Of a stretch of DNA of 64,000 nucleotides, positions 42,162-55,373 are shown piece after piece. The notes under the pieces are model-generated. The model saw nothing but the letters and a program-made list of their open reading frames with translations, made no database searches and had not been told where the DNA came from. The stretch is from the human T2T-CHM13v2.0 reference genome, Homo sapiens. The stretch lies in the NCBI RefSeq assembly GCF_009914755.1, contig NC_060932.1, one strand, 5' to 3'. The translations under genes were made by a program, and so were the position numbers. Every line of letters starts with the position of its first letter. Position 1 is the first letter of the stretch.

Positions 42162-45100
42162 GTAATGGTTTCATGAATAACCATAGACCTGAGTGATCCG
42201 GCCCAGGCAACTCTGAACAGAGAGGCATAGTCAAGGTAGAACATGTAGGAGAAGCTAGAGAACCTTAAAACAATTGAGACTCTTGTTCTCCTTATCATAG
42301 CTTTGGGCCCTTATGAGCACCCTAAACAGCCAGCATATTTGAGACGTTTTGTTAAACCTGCAATCTTGCGGTACATAAAAATCTTGATGAATCAGTCATA
42401 CAGCCCCTGTTGTTGACCAGTTAGAAACTGCTACAGTGGAGAATTATAGGCTATATTCAGGAGACAACCTTTACTCAAGAAGGCATGGTACCACCATTCT
42501 TCCATGTCCAAATGAAATAATGCATCTTGATTTTTTAAGCAAGCAAAGAACAAGAGAAAAGCAACAGTGTCCCAACATAAGAATGTAAAATTCTATAAAA
42601 TATAATTTTTATCTCTGAAATGTCTCATGATTAATTATTACCAAATTTATATGCAATACAAAAGTACCCAATGCAAACTCTGACTTTTTAGGTACATGCA
42701 GGCAAACCTGACAAAGGTTTGAATAAATCTTAAATCAGTTAAGTAAATATATTGCAAGAAAAATTTAGGAAATAGTTATACTCAATTCATATTTGTCATA
42801 AAAGACCCCTTTGAAATCTAAAATATCTCTGCTTTCTTTAATCAGGAACAACAAAATCAATTTTTGCCTTATCAAGACTTTTTTTGTCACAAAAGAGTAA
42901 TCATTTTATGCTTTGATATATGCATCATTTAGAATTTTATATGTTTTTATTTTACCACTAAATCAGCTTGAAAATTTTTTCCTCCCTGGAAATGTATGCT
43001 ATTGTTTAGAAATTGATAAGGAATATGCTGTTCACATAAGTAATATCTGACAAACTATTCAGAGTTGACGATATGAGAGGTATTACTATCATGAACTATG
43101 TTCTGTCTCAAATTTCATAACAAAAATGCTCACAGCATACCAAAAAAAAAAGCCACAGGATCATGAAAATCCCTATATGAGATAGCTATTTTAGGAACAA
43201 AATGATTTTTAAGACAGTAGACATTAATAATTATTTGTTAATAATTTAGCTGCTTCTGACCAATGAACACCTCTGATTCAGACTGCTGTCCAATGACAAC
43301 AGTTTTTGACTTTTAGTTAATATTAGCAATGTTCCCTTGCATCGTGCTAATTATCACATACTGAAAGACCAACTCTTAAAAAAGGGATCCAATGATATAT
43401 GGATATCTTTACCTAAGTGAGTATATACTGAAAACTTAACAATAAAAGTGTTCCACTTGAAATGAAAGTAGAGCAGTGTATTGAATCTCTTCCATAGTAC
43501 TACTCCTGGTAGTGTCTGACCCTTTCTTAGCTGTAAGAGATGTTCCTTTTTGCTTCTTAAAAAACAAGCTAACCAAGCAAAACCAAATGCACTCTCTTTC
43601 TGTAACAGGATTTCATCACCATATTAAAAATATCTCTCACTTCGATAATTGACAACTCCAAATATTTATACCCTTAAAAATCAGACAGGAAAGAGTTAAC
43701 ATGAATACCTCTAGCCAACCACCCTCTTCAAATCCCCCACTTCCCTGGGAAAAATATACAGTCTTAAACCTTAAATCACAGAGATAAAAAAGAATGGGGG
43801 GACCACAAATTGTTAAGTTTAGTGATGAATAAAGCAATGTAATCTTAGTTGTCAGCATAAAAAGCATCCCCCTGAAGCTTTGTTCCAACTATAAAAACTT
43901 TCTGTGCTTACTGAAAAAAAATTTTATGATCATATGAGCTTCATGCATGACTGATATCATTACTGTTTATTTTAAGACTATCCTTGAGAATCAATCAAAT
44001 AAAACATTCCCAGTGTGTATGTTTTGCAACCAGAATGAGGAACACAATGTAAGTGCCTCTTCTGGAGAGGAAGTGATGGACCATTCTTCCCATTAGTGTT
44101 TCCTATCAAAAAAAAGTCAAATAGAAGTGAATCAGGCAGAAATTTATGTCAGAAAACATCCCGTCATTCTGTGTTCTTGACAATATTTCCATTTCACTAG
44201 CAGCTACTCCTACAATCTAAAAAAAAGGGGGGGTATCATTACACATAAAGAAGCTTATAAATCCAACCAAAATGAGCTCAAGAGCTTAAAAATACTATTT
44301 GAGGATAACATAAACTAAGGCATATAATCTGCTCTAAACCATGAAAAACTTCCCATTTTATTAAGCAAGATTTTAAAGGTCTGAGATGGCACATGACTTA
44401 TCTGTCAGGCTTAAATCTGTGTAATAAATATGACTAGAATAATTTAAATCCTCTAAAAATGGGAAAATAACTATTTTCTCCATAAACCATTTTTCCCCAC
44501 ACATCTTAATGAAGAAAGAGAAGGGGTCATTGGAATCCAAAATTAAATAAAATTTGTTAGTACAATCATAACTTTTTTGCATAATAATATCTGAACTTAC
44601 TGAGGGATTCCAATATAAAGAAATACAATCTTTTATGTTTAGTCTCACAAAAAATCTAATAATCATCAAAACTCATGTTATCCTAACCTCTGAAAGCAAA
44701 TCTAATACTTTCCTAAAGCAGGTAACCATCAATCCAGGCTGTCCTTCCCTTCCCTTATTCAGAAAGACACAACCTTGCACTTACTTTTACCACCTCCCAC
44801 ACACTCCACCTCACCACCATCACCACCAACCTGAAGCAATAGGCCCTTCTGTTTATAACATTATAAATAACAGCTTGCCACTTTAATTCCTCCAGCCTAT
44901 GAACTAATCCTTCATTTCAACATTAAATTATCTCTTGATTTAAATGTTAGGTACAAAAATCCATCTGTGGCACGTAATTCCAAAAGTTCAAATTTGCAAT
45001 AAAAAAAGTCTGGACTTTCAAGCCCCTTTCTCTTTTTATCTAGAAAAATAAAGTTGTATTTTTCAAAGGGTTAAACCTTTTTAGTTTTCAAATTGGGTTT

Positions 45101-46429
45101 TTTTTGTGTAATTTATTCATACTTAATATCTGTGAAGGTCTTTAACTCTTGATAATAGCTCTTACTTTTTCAAATACTTTTTTTGTACTAACCATGACTT
45201 ATTACATGAAGTCCTAAGAACAGTTTCTATAAACACAGTTATATTCAGAATATGCCTTTACACATGGCATTTATTATGCACACTCTGTGTATCAATTGGT
45301 TACATGAAGCATGTTCAAATACTGTGCAACAGGTCTTGCTATTGTGTAAACACACACTCCCAGCAAAATGACAATAAGCTTCATAATATCAACAATATAA
45401 GAAAAAAAATCACATTATTCCTTAAAAAATTATTCATAATTCGTTTGAGAGTTCAGAGGACATCAGATCTAATCAAAAGAAGTAAATGTTACTAAGACCC
45501 TCTTACTGGCTTTGTATCCCACCGTATATGTGATAAAGTTGTGTTACAGCCCAGGTGTATACACGCTTTCATTGATTTATTGCACATTACTGGCTTCAGT
45601 GCTGACTTGATGACAGGAAGAGTACTTTGGCAGAGGTCTGACAAGTCCCTATCCTTAAGTTCCCTTTTGCTTTGTGCCGTCTGTTCCCAAAGCTATCAAA
45701 GTAAAGCAAATGACAGTCTAAAACCTCCCCGTTTTGCCACGAGAGTGTGAAATCAAATTAAAAACACACCTCAAAACTATTACATTGGGCCACGTTTATT
45801 TTCAATTGGCGGGGGAGGGGGAAAGAAGACACTTAAAAAGAGATGGATTTCATGTCCTCTGTGTAGCCAGATCTAGTTACAGTGTATTAAGTTATGTCTA
45901 AATGAAAAAAAAAAAGATTCTCAAGTGTTTTATCACAAAGTAATGTTATTAAACACATCTAGTGTTCCCACGCTCTCCTCTAGATTCTTTGATTTTTAAC
46001 CTCCTTTGTTAGGCACCAAACACTGGGAGAAAGATTTCAGGAACAATACCTAGGCAGCACATGATGCCAGGGAATTAATTCTGTCTTCCCCGAGCTGTTT
46101 ATCCATCATAAACTCAAGCTGCCTTATTTAGCTACACGGTTGCTATATGTAGGACTTCTCTTCCCTGGGTGAAAAGCATGGACCGGCTACAATTGTGTCT
46201 TTGAGCGCGCAGCATCGTGCTTTGTGCTGCCGGGGATAACGGATTCTGGGTCTCACACGCATCCGTCACCTAAAACACCCTTAAACTGAACCAGGGTCTC
46301 CACAGCTGGAAGGGAAACAACGTGCTGGGACCCAGGCTGCTCTGAGCTACAAGGATCCCAGGAGTGAAGGAAATGTTTCAGGGAGCAGCCCAGGCAGCGG
46401 GGGGAGGAAGAAAGCCCTCGCACTCTTAC

Positions 46430-46561
46430 CTCCACATTGAAATACTGCTCCGTTCCGCAGACTGTAGCACATAAAATCCAAAGCAAGGTTTGCAAGAAAA
46501 ACACCCCCGAATGATGCACGAAATCCAACCGTCTTCCAGTGCTGAATGTGAGTAAGATCAT
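46430..46561 (-). CDS. MMP16: Matrix metalloproteinase-16 (MT3-MMP), first coding exon (signal peptide and start of propeptide, 44 codons)
   Basis: Minus strand translates MILLTFSTGRRLDFVHHSGVFFLQTLLWILCATVCGTEQYFNVE, recognised as the MMP16 N-terminus. ATG at 46561 (context CACTATGA). Exon ends in phase 0 at a canonical donor GAG|GTAAGA (GT at 46429-46428). Confidence 0.96.
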
Positions 46562-46613
46562 AGTGAACTGTGCTTCAATGGATGGACGAGCTCCCCTTCG
46601 TTTTCTCCCTCTC

Positions 46614-46633
46614 TCCCTCTCCCTCCCTCCCTC
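46614..46633 (-). promoter_or_regulatory. 5' UTR RNA G-quadruplex motif of MMP16 (M3Q, GAGGGAGGGAGGGAGAGGGA)
   Basis: Four GGG tracts with 1/1/3-nt purine loops on the mRNA strand, ~50-70 nt upstream of the ATG; matches the translation-repressing MT3-MMP G4 known from the literature. Confidence 0.85.
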
Positions 46634-46758
46634 GTTTCCTTTCAAAAAAAAGTCCTCCGGGTGGGTAAGGAGCCTGCAGGTTCACCCACAGCCGGGCAAG
46701 GGGAGGAGACAGGGGCCCCGCGCTCGGCAGCCCCCGAGAGGCAGCGGCGAAGACAGGG

Positions 46759-46782
46759 TCAGCAGTAGTTCCTGTTCACCAT
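46759..46782 (-). other. Candidate upstream ORF in the MMP16 leader (MVNRNYC*)
   Basis: ATG GTG AAC AGG AAC TAC TGC TGA, context GGAGGATGG (A at -3, G at +4); the only ATG between 46562 and ~47040 on this strand. Confidence 0.6.
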
Positions 46783-46851
46783 CCTCCGGGGTCAGTCACC
46801 GGGAACGTGGCGCCTAAGTTCACCGGCGGTTCCGGCTCAAAGAGCCTAGTC

Positions 46852-46890
46852 GCAGCCGCAGCAGCAGCAGCCGCCGCCGCCGCCGCCGCC
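46852..46890. repeat. Trinucleotide repeat GCA GCC (GCA)4 (GCC)7, i.e. (GGC)7(TGC)4 on the MMP16 strand
   Basis: Read directly from the sequence. Confidence 0.95.
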
Positions 46891-46923
46891 TCCAGCCCGT
46901 GCGTCCTCCTCCTGCACTGCCTA

Positions 46924-46954
46924 CTCCTCCTCCTCCTCCGCCGCCGCCGCCGCC
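46924..46954. repeat. (CCT)n(CCG)5 trinucleotide repeat
   Basis: ctcctcctcctcctccgccgccgccgccgcc read directly. Confidence 0.9.
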
Positions 46955-47102
46955 CCCAGCTCCTGCGGGAAGGGCCTCCGCCGCTCCTCACTCTCTCGCC
47001 TCTGCTTCTCCTTCCCTCCTCTCCTCGCTCCCCTCCAGAATGTTCATCCGTAATCTACATAACTCCTCCTTCCCGGGGTCTGCCTGGCTCTCGGGGCCCT
47101 TG

Positions 47103-47200
47103 GCGCGCGCACACACACACACACACACACACAGAGACACACCGCGACACACACACACACACGCGCGCATACACACAGCCCGACACACACGCACGCGCGC
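47103..47200. repeat. (CG)n/(CA)n alternating purine-pyrimidine tract in the promoter
   Basis: gcgcgcgc(ac)n...acgcgcgcatacacac...acgcacgcgcgc read directly. Confidence 0.9.
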
Positions 47201-48684
47201 TTCTTAAAGGAGACGGCTCATAAAGGATTCCCCACTACGGTAGGGCGCACCGGAGGTATCCAGCCCGCGACAAGGGCCCTGGTTTGAGCACAGCTCTTCG
47301 ACAGTATCTCCCATCCCGCATCCCCGAGGCAGGCACCCAGGAACTTGGGCGGCTCCATTCTTTCTTCCCGCCCACCCTGCCGCCTCGCATCTAAAAACGA
47401 GTGCGCCCCTCTCCAGCCATGAGCTGGGTGGGGCTCAGGCTGCGGACCCTAGTGGGGCCTGGGGAGCGGCCCAACCCTGGTCCTGGAGAGCGGTCGGCAT
47501 TCCTGAGGAAGCGGCCCTGGAAGAATAGGGGCGCTGGGAATCAGAGGAGCGCCTGGTCACTGAGCGCCCCTGGGTGGCTCGGGTCGGTGGCCGGGGCTGA
47601 CCAAGTTTGGGAAGACTGAGATAGCAAATCCCGAACGTCCAAAACTTTGTTGGGGTCCCGAGCCTGTGGCCTGGTGTCTTCCTGAATCCCCTCTACCATA
47701 GCTACATTCCGCCTTCCAGGCTTGAGGAGTAGGCACAGGGTTTTGGTGGCGGACTAGACAAATACAGAAGCGGGATGAAAACGCTCACTTTCCAAGTGAA
47801 CGGTGGACACACGCGCACAGTGGGACCCGGGAGAGATGGTCCTGGGTGTTAACAAAACATCCGATGAGAGGGATGGGGGCGCTGGAAAGAAACCGGCTGC
47901 GGGAGCCAGGGGAAGGGTTGGGGAAAGAAGGAGAAGAAGCAGCCTGAGGAAAGGCGAGTAAAGCAGCTGGCAAGGGCGGGAGGAAGAGGCTGCTCGCAGA
48001 CCGAGCGGGGGAGAGGCTGGCGGGAGCTAGGAGAGCTGCAGGCAAGAGGGGGAGGCGGCTGGCAAGAAGCACGGGCGAACGCGGGCAGGGAACTTCAGAG
48101 GAGGCTGCCAGAAAGGACTGGAGCTGTAGCAGTGCGAGGCAGTGGACAGGGGGGGCAGCAACCACCAGCCCTTGGCAAGTGATGGTTTGGCTGAAAGAGG
48201 AAGGGGGAAGGGAGCGAGGCAAGCATCTGTTTGGGGGCTAATGCCAGTAAATGTGCTTCTCCTTGGCAGCCAGCAGAGGGGAAGAGGAGCCCACGGGAAA
48301 GAAAAGCAGGCGAGGTTAAGAATAAAGAGTGTTCCAGGTATGACAGCTACCTCGGTGAGGTGGAAGAGAGAATTGACAAGGCAAATTTCATGGGTGAGTT
48401 GGAAAGGCAAGAAGCAGGACTACAAGAGGTCCTATGTGGTAAGCAGATGGAAAATTCTGAGAATGGTTTGCCAAAAATTGTATTAGACTGCAATAACTTT
48501 TATCCAATAAAAGAAAAAAAGGCTGAGGAATGGGACTTTGCAGCTGTTGCTGTAAAAATGTAAGAAATGCCCACCCAACTTGACCCAAGACCCAAGAAGG
48601 TCTCAGGGAGACCTTCCTGACAGTCTGCCTTGTGCCCAGCATGTGCTGCCCACAAAATAATTTTGAAGATGTAATAAAAAGCAA

Positions 48685-48900
48685 TGTCTTATATTGTATA
48701 GTACATTAGAATATTCAGAATGTTTCCAGACATAGTATCTCATTTAATTCTCACACCATCTCTGAGGATTTTGTTTTTATTTTACAGATGAAGTAAATGA
48801 TAGCAATAAAATATAACGTTCCAGCAAACCATACAAGTGGCAGAGTTCAGACTTTTGTTTCCTGACTCCCAGTTCAGTGATTTTCCTGCTATACTCCAGT
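48685..48900. mobile_element. MIR
   Basis: atctcatttaattctcac...attttacagatgaagtaaatga...cctgactccc. Confidence 0.65.
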
Positions 48901-49610
48901 GACTTTCCAAATGGAAATTCATTCCTGCTCTTAGCAATTTTATAATCCATAGGTTGAGATGATTTTTTATAAAAGAAACAGCTAGAAGGCAACATGAAAG
49001 TAATGTCATTATATAGAATTTATATGGTGTTCTGTGCCAATATAAGGTAACGAAATGTAGTGAAGTATTTGTCAATAAATCAAGAATGATTTTTATGTGT
49101 GCATTATATCTAGTAAAGTGCAAAATTAGAGAGGGAAAATGATACAAAAAAAATGTTTAAACTCAGTTCCTAGTCTTTGAGATACTATTGAAGAGGAGGA
49201 GGTAAAAATTATTTACCAAAGACGTTCATGAGAAAACAGTGCTAAATGGTGATGTCCTTGCTAACTGAGCCAAATATTAGAAGACTGTATCAAGGACATG
49301 GAGTGCAAGTTGAGCACTGCAAAACTATCAGTAAGGAGGGATTTTTCACCATAAGCAACTTGGTTTTCTTTCTTTCTTTTTTTAAAGCATGTGCTCAGAA
49401 AAGAAAAATAGTGTATTTGTGGAGGACAGGTATGGAGAGGGACTTGTAATGAAATATTGAGTTAACATTTGCTCAAATTGGTAAACAAGGATTGCTAAAC
49501 CATTCTAAATATGAATAGGTATCCAGGGAATATTACCTTCAAAATTATGCATGGGATTGACCATGGGAAGGGACTCTATGCAAAGAGGTAACAATTAAAA
49601 TAAGGTTTTA

Positions 49611-49910
<300 letters not shown>

Positions 49911-52900
49911 AAGGTTTTAATCCAGCTATGAAACTATAAGGCTGGACTAGTGAGATGTCCTAGGAAAGCTATGCTTTCAAAGAGCAATCCTAAGAGAAGA
50001 AAACTATTGAAAGTAGAAAATCCTAAATTCGAAAGATAATATCAAATTAGTGATCGGTTACCATAAGGATTTTAATTATTTGTAAACAGTTATTAAACTT
50101 ATTTGTGAGTGTTTGATGAGCAATAAGTGAATGAATGAGTGTTCAAGGTTATGGAAATACTGTGAATATTCAAGGTTCTAGGAATACTAACAGATAATAC
50201 TGTTTCATTTCTGAGATGGGACTCAGAAGGATTCATAGTACAGTGAGAAGGACAGACATATAATAATTATTGCATTGTCATAAGACCCAGGTAATTACAA
50301 AAGCAAGATGCTATGGAACAGGGTGGAAGAAGTAGTTGACTTTCCGTGAATTTTTTTTTTTTTTTTTTGGAGACAGGATCACAAAATACATGCTTCTCAA
50401 GTGGAATCTCTAATAATAAGAAATGTACTGGGCAGATAGGAAAAGGAAGAATATTTCTGACCTGTGTGCAGTGGAGGAATAAATACACAAAGCGGCATTT
50501 GTGGAACTACAAATAGTTGGTCAGGACTAGAGGCTAGGGTGTGTAAAGCAAGGTCAGAGTCAGAGGTCGCATGAGTAAGTGTGCAGGGATCAGATCAGCA
50601 AGAGTCTTAGGTACCATATTTGAGGCTGTAGACATTCTCCCAAAGGAATTCTTAGGAGGAATAGTTGGATTTTCACTACCTTTACTGTTTGTTTGCTAAT
50701 TCCATGCAGACAGTCACCTTCTAGTTCTCATATATTTTACCTCATATGTTCCATTAAGCATGTAATATCTACTGCCTTTATAGACCTTCTATCTGTGCTT
50801 GTCTAATAAGCCTGATGCAAAGTTTCACATATTGACTCCGATGGGTACCTGCAGAAATGTAATCGCTTTCTTGGTCAGGTAGGTTTGTTATTCTATCTCT
50901 AATCTGTTATATATACTTATCTTTTAAGGGCCTAGAATTACGAAGAAATTTCCATTCTCATGTATTAGTAGTGTGAGCTTCTTGGTGGTCTTCCTAGAGA
51001 GGGCGTTGTTTTCCTATGCATAGTAAGATAAAACATGGAATATCATCCTTCCCTTTAGGATATGAATGAAATCTTTCCTCACAACTCTTGGCACTTGCTG
51101 TGTATGCTTTCTGTCAACTACTTTCCCTCTTCTCACAATTTCACATAACTAATGAACAATCTCAGAATTACATGTGACTAGAGAAAAGAGAACCAAAAAA
51201 AAGATGAAAATAAATAAGAAAGCCAAAGAGAAGTAGTAATTGCCACTGATAAAGGTTAATAGCAATTCAATGAAATATTACATGGGAGACAAGAGGTCTG
51301 AGGAAGTAAATTATATGTAAACCTAACAAGAGGCAAATGACATATACTTAAAAATGGGCAGTTGAGTCACATTCTGGGATGTGTAAATAACTACCTAAAA
51401 TAACACTGGAGGTAAATTATGTACTATAGCCTTTATTGAACCAGATTTCTTAGTAAAATAGAGCCTTTGAAATGAATTCTGTAGCTTGAGAAGTTACATA
51501 AACTTGCTCATTCTTCCATCATATCAACTAATATGCTTTCTTTCCTACTTGCATCAGTTGAACCTGCAGTGTTTTTTTATTTTTAAATTCAGAGAATATT
51601 GAATTAGTGCCAGCTACTGGCATTCTCTCACACATCTGTTATTACCAGGGTCATGCATATGTGGAACAATCAGCTAGAGGCTTATTATTTAAGCTGTGTT
51701 CTCTCTGGAAACTTTAAGACCTAGGAGCTTATGAGAAATGCGGAATCTCTGGCTGTGTCAAGATACCCCAGTGCTCCATAGGCATGGTAAAATTGAGAAG
51801 CACTGTTCTAGAGTTTGCACACAGGACAGCTTAGTTGCACTGTATCCACCTCCTTAATGTTATTAGTGTCATGCTCTAAGTAAAGAGAGCTAACCAGTTC
51901 CAATTAGAGTTTTGCTTGTGGTACTGAAATGTTGGCTTTTCCCTCAAAAATATAACTGCATGACCTGAATTTATTGATATAGCTTCTAACTTTCAGCAGT
52001 ATGGTGTTTTTTTTTTTGAACATGCATTCTGTGCAAAACAACTCTCCTACTTGATAGCTAAGAAAAATTGCTAGCTATTATCACTGCCTATGAAGATAGT
52101 ATGATTTTTTCTCCATTTCTTTCATTGATTTATGCTCTTTACCCCTCCATAACTATGAGTGTTTCTCAAATATGTGGTCTTCTTTTTAGTTCCTTCATTC
52201 CTCCAAGGACATTGATTAACCACTATAAAATACAAAGCAAGTGAAGATTTAAAAAGATAAACATGAAGTGAGTTACGATAAACCAATTCAGTTTGGTTAG
52301 GTTCTAAGATTGATGAAGTTTTGAACTTTAAAGTTGTTTTCATTTGGAATTCCTTTTGAAATAAACAAGAAGCTATCAATACAGAATACAGAGACATGCT
52401 TTTGGTAAAAGTGAGTGAAGAAATGGCTCCCAGTGCCTTCTTTTTTTTTGTCATAGAGTACCTGAAGTTTGGAGCTCCAAGATGACTGGGAATTATGAGA
52501 AACCCACCAGATCAGGTATACTATTAGGCTAGAGGTGGGTCTTTTCAGTACCCATAGTTGTGCCCATAACCATACAAGACCATTGCTCCAGCAATGCAGT
52601 TATCTGCTTCCCAGTGACCATGGTCTGTTATAACAAATAACTTGGAGTTGCAGAAGCTTGAAGTCTAACTTTGCTCTTCTCTCACTCTAGAGAGATTCTT
52701 CCCTCTTAAGTCTATACCTGTTACTTCTACTCTGATAATTTTTAGGTCTGTATCCCTAGCCTTAAATTTAGTCCCATGGTCTAGAATTCATATTACTACT
52801 TTCACCTAAAACTTAGCATATCCCCAACCATGTTCACCACCTTTTTCTTTAGATGGTATATTCTTTACTTTCCTCATTTCAATCTAGACCCACTATTCCA

Positions 52901-54411
52901 CTTAACATGGAACACACCTTTGACTCTAATATTAATTTATGTTCTGTGTTGAATCAGAATCAATCACCAGTAGCTATCATGACCCTTGTCCAAAATCACT
53001 CTTATTCATTCCTTCACCTGCACTTGCAGTTAATAACTGTCCCTTATAAATGTATACTCTTGTCATTTCATGGCTAATCACTGGAGTAGCCTCCAATATG
53101 TTGTATATGCATATGTTCTTTTTTGTCTCCAATTATTCTTCAAATCAGTTCATTGAATCCCCCCCAAACTTAACTATTCTTATGTATAATTTTCAGCATA
53201 GACATGGCATTTATAAATTAGAAGGACATTTTAAAATTTCTTCCTCTTCATTATTCAGAAGAGGGAATTGAGGCTTAGCAATGTTAAATAAGATGTGACT
53301 AGTTGGCAAAGGTTAAAAAATGCACATGTATTCTGATTTACAACTTATTGCCTTTGTAAAAGAAAAAGATTCGTCGTAAACTACTTTAGGCATGCAAGAA
53401 AATACCATAAACAAACAACCCAGTGTAAGAAATATTTTCATCACCTTTTTTTTTTACCAATGCCATGTAAATAATTGTGGTAGACTAACATTAGATAATA
53501 TGCTGTGGATTATCAGACATGCCATGGTTTGGTATATTGAGATATACAGCACATATGATGAGAATGATGAAATATGATGGGGAAGCACATTTCATTATGT
53601 AAGTGGCTAGGCAAATGGAGAAGATGATTGAGAATCCCTTTAGGTACTTGTGTACCTTTAGAAAAATCATTATCTAAGTTTTTATGTTTCATTTTTTTCA
53701 TCTATACAGTGGTATTTCATATTATTTGGGTAGTTGTGAGGATTAAATGAGATATTACACATGGAAGCTTTCTGTAAAATTCTAAGTACTAAAAAGCATA
53801 AAAGATTATAGCATGTGGCTATTGCATACTTTACTTTCAGCAGGCAGGCAGCAAAGACTGAATGAGATTCTGGTTAACCTTTAAAGTGAAGACTCTCTGA
53901 GACCATTTCTAGTAATTTCTACTGGGGATTAACAAGTGCTGTGTTTTTAACTGGTATGAGCAGAAATGATAAAGAAAAGGAGCTATAAAATGACAGTCTG
54001 TTATCAAAATATAATTAGTCCCTTTTGTATTATTACATAGTGTATTAAATACACTTTTCATTAGTTCAGGAGCAAAGAAAAGGAAATGGAAAATGAAATG
54101 GAAATTAGATTGGCATCCATTAAAATAATATTGCTATGAAAATATATGATATAAAATTGAATATTTTATATTAAATTAGAGGCATTGAATTGGAATCTAA
54201 ACTTATACAGTTCAGAGAACCTTTTGTAAGCTAATTTTCAATAGTAATGAGAAAATAAACATCCAAGTACAATGTTCTTTTTCCACATTTTAGAACAAAA
54301 ATAAAAATGAATTAACCCATATCAGTATAGTTATCATTAGAGGAAGGATAGTAATAGAAAGATGAGAAAATATGCCAGACCTTTTTTGGGGGGGGCATTT
54401 GTTTAGCAATC

Positions 54412-54715
54412 TTTCTTTTCTTTTTTTTTTTTTGAGACAGAGTCTCGCTCTGTCGCCCAGGCTGGAGTGCAGTGGCACGATCTCGGCTCACTGCAAGCTC
54501 CGCCTCCCGAGTTCACACCATTCTCCTGCCTCAGCCTCCCAATAGCTGGGACTACAGGTGCCTGCCACCACGCCCGGCTAATTTTTTGTATTTTTTTAGT
54601 AGAGACGGGGTTTCACCGTGTTAGCCAGGATGGTCTCAATCTCCTGACCCTGTGATCCACCTGCCTCGGCCTCCCAAAGTGCTGGGATTACAGGCGTGAG
54701 CCACTGCGCCCGGCC
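54412..54715 (-). mobile_element. AluY
   Basis: ctgcaagctccgcctccc, gttagccaggatggtctc; TSD agcaatcttt. Confidence 0.95.
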
Positions 54716-55063
54716 AGCAATCTTTATTTTCTTAATCTAAATGCACTCACAGTTACATAGGTATCTCCACCAAAATGTATTTAGTCATCTAACCATAATT
54801 TTAGTATATTTCGTGCTTTTGTTGTGTGTTTTCTCATCTTGAAAACTTTTAACCACACATCTTTAATTCTGTCAAAGCTGAAATAGACAGAATCATTCTT
54901 ATTTTGTTTGTTGTTACTAAGAAACTTATTATGGTAATAAAGTTAGTAGTCTTCTACATCTTTCACTACCTGACTCACTGTATCAGGTGAGGTGAGGTGT
55001 TCTAATGGTCTGATAGTCTAATAAGGAAAAACTATCTATGTACATTTATAAAAGCACCCTAGG

Positions 55064-55373
<310 letters not shown>

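Larger units (their letters stand above)
46562..46840 (-). other. MMP16: MMP16 5' UTR part of exon 1 (upstream limit approximate; TSS cannot be fixed from sequence)
   Basis: GC- and purine-rich leader contiguous with the ATG; matches recalled MMP16 mRNA leader ...GAGGGAGGGAGGGAGAGGGAGAGAGGGAGAAAACGAAGGGGAGCTCGTCCATCCATTGAAGCACAGTTCACTATG. Confidence 0.7.
46200..48150. promoter_or_regulatory. CpG island / MMP16 promoter region
   Basis: Sharp rise in GC and CpG (CGCG, CCGG, GCGC runs, GC-box-like CCCGCCC near 47367) around exon 1 against an AT-rich, CpG-depleted background. Confidence 0.85.

Noticed and set aside
43927-43960. Cluster of short palindromes (TGATCA, TCATATGA, TCATGCATGA, TGATATCA) resembling a polylinker
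   Set aside because: All AT-rich 6-10-mers with no vector context; plausible by chance.
46253-46645. 130-aa ORF as an N-extended or intron-retained MMP16 protein
   Set aside because: It starts at a TTG inside a U-run and runs through a canonical donor into intron; only 46430-46561 matches MMP16.
46807-48563. Overlapping 60-145-aa ORFs in the CpG island
   Set aside because: Low-complexity, GC-rich, stop-poor sequence with no recognisable domain.
50351-50382. Poly-T plus ggagacaggatc as a tiny truncated Alu insertion
   Set aside because: Only ~12 bp of Alu-like sequence and no identifiable TSD.
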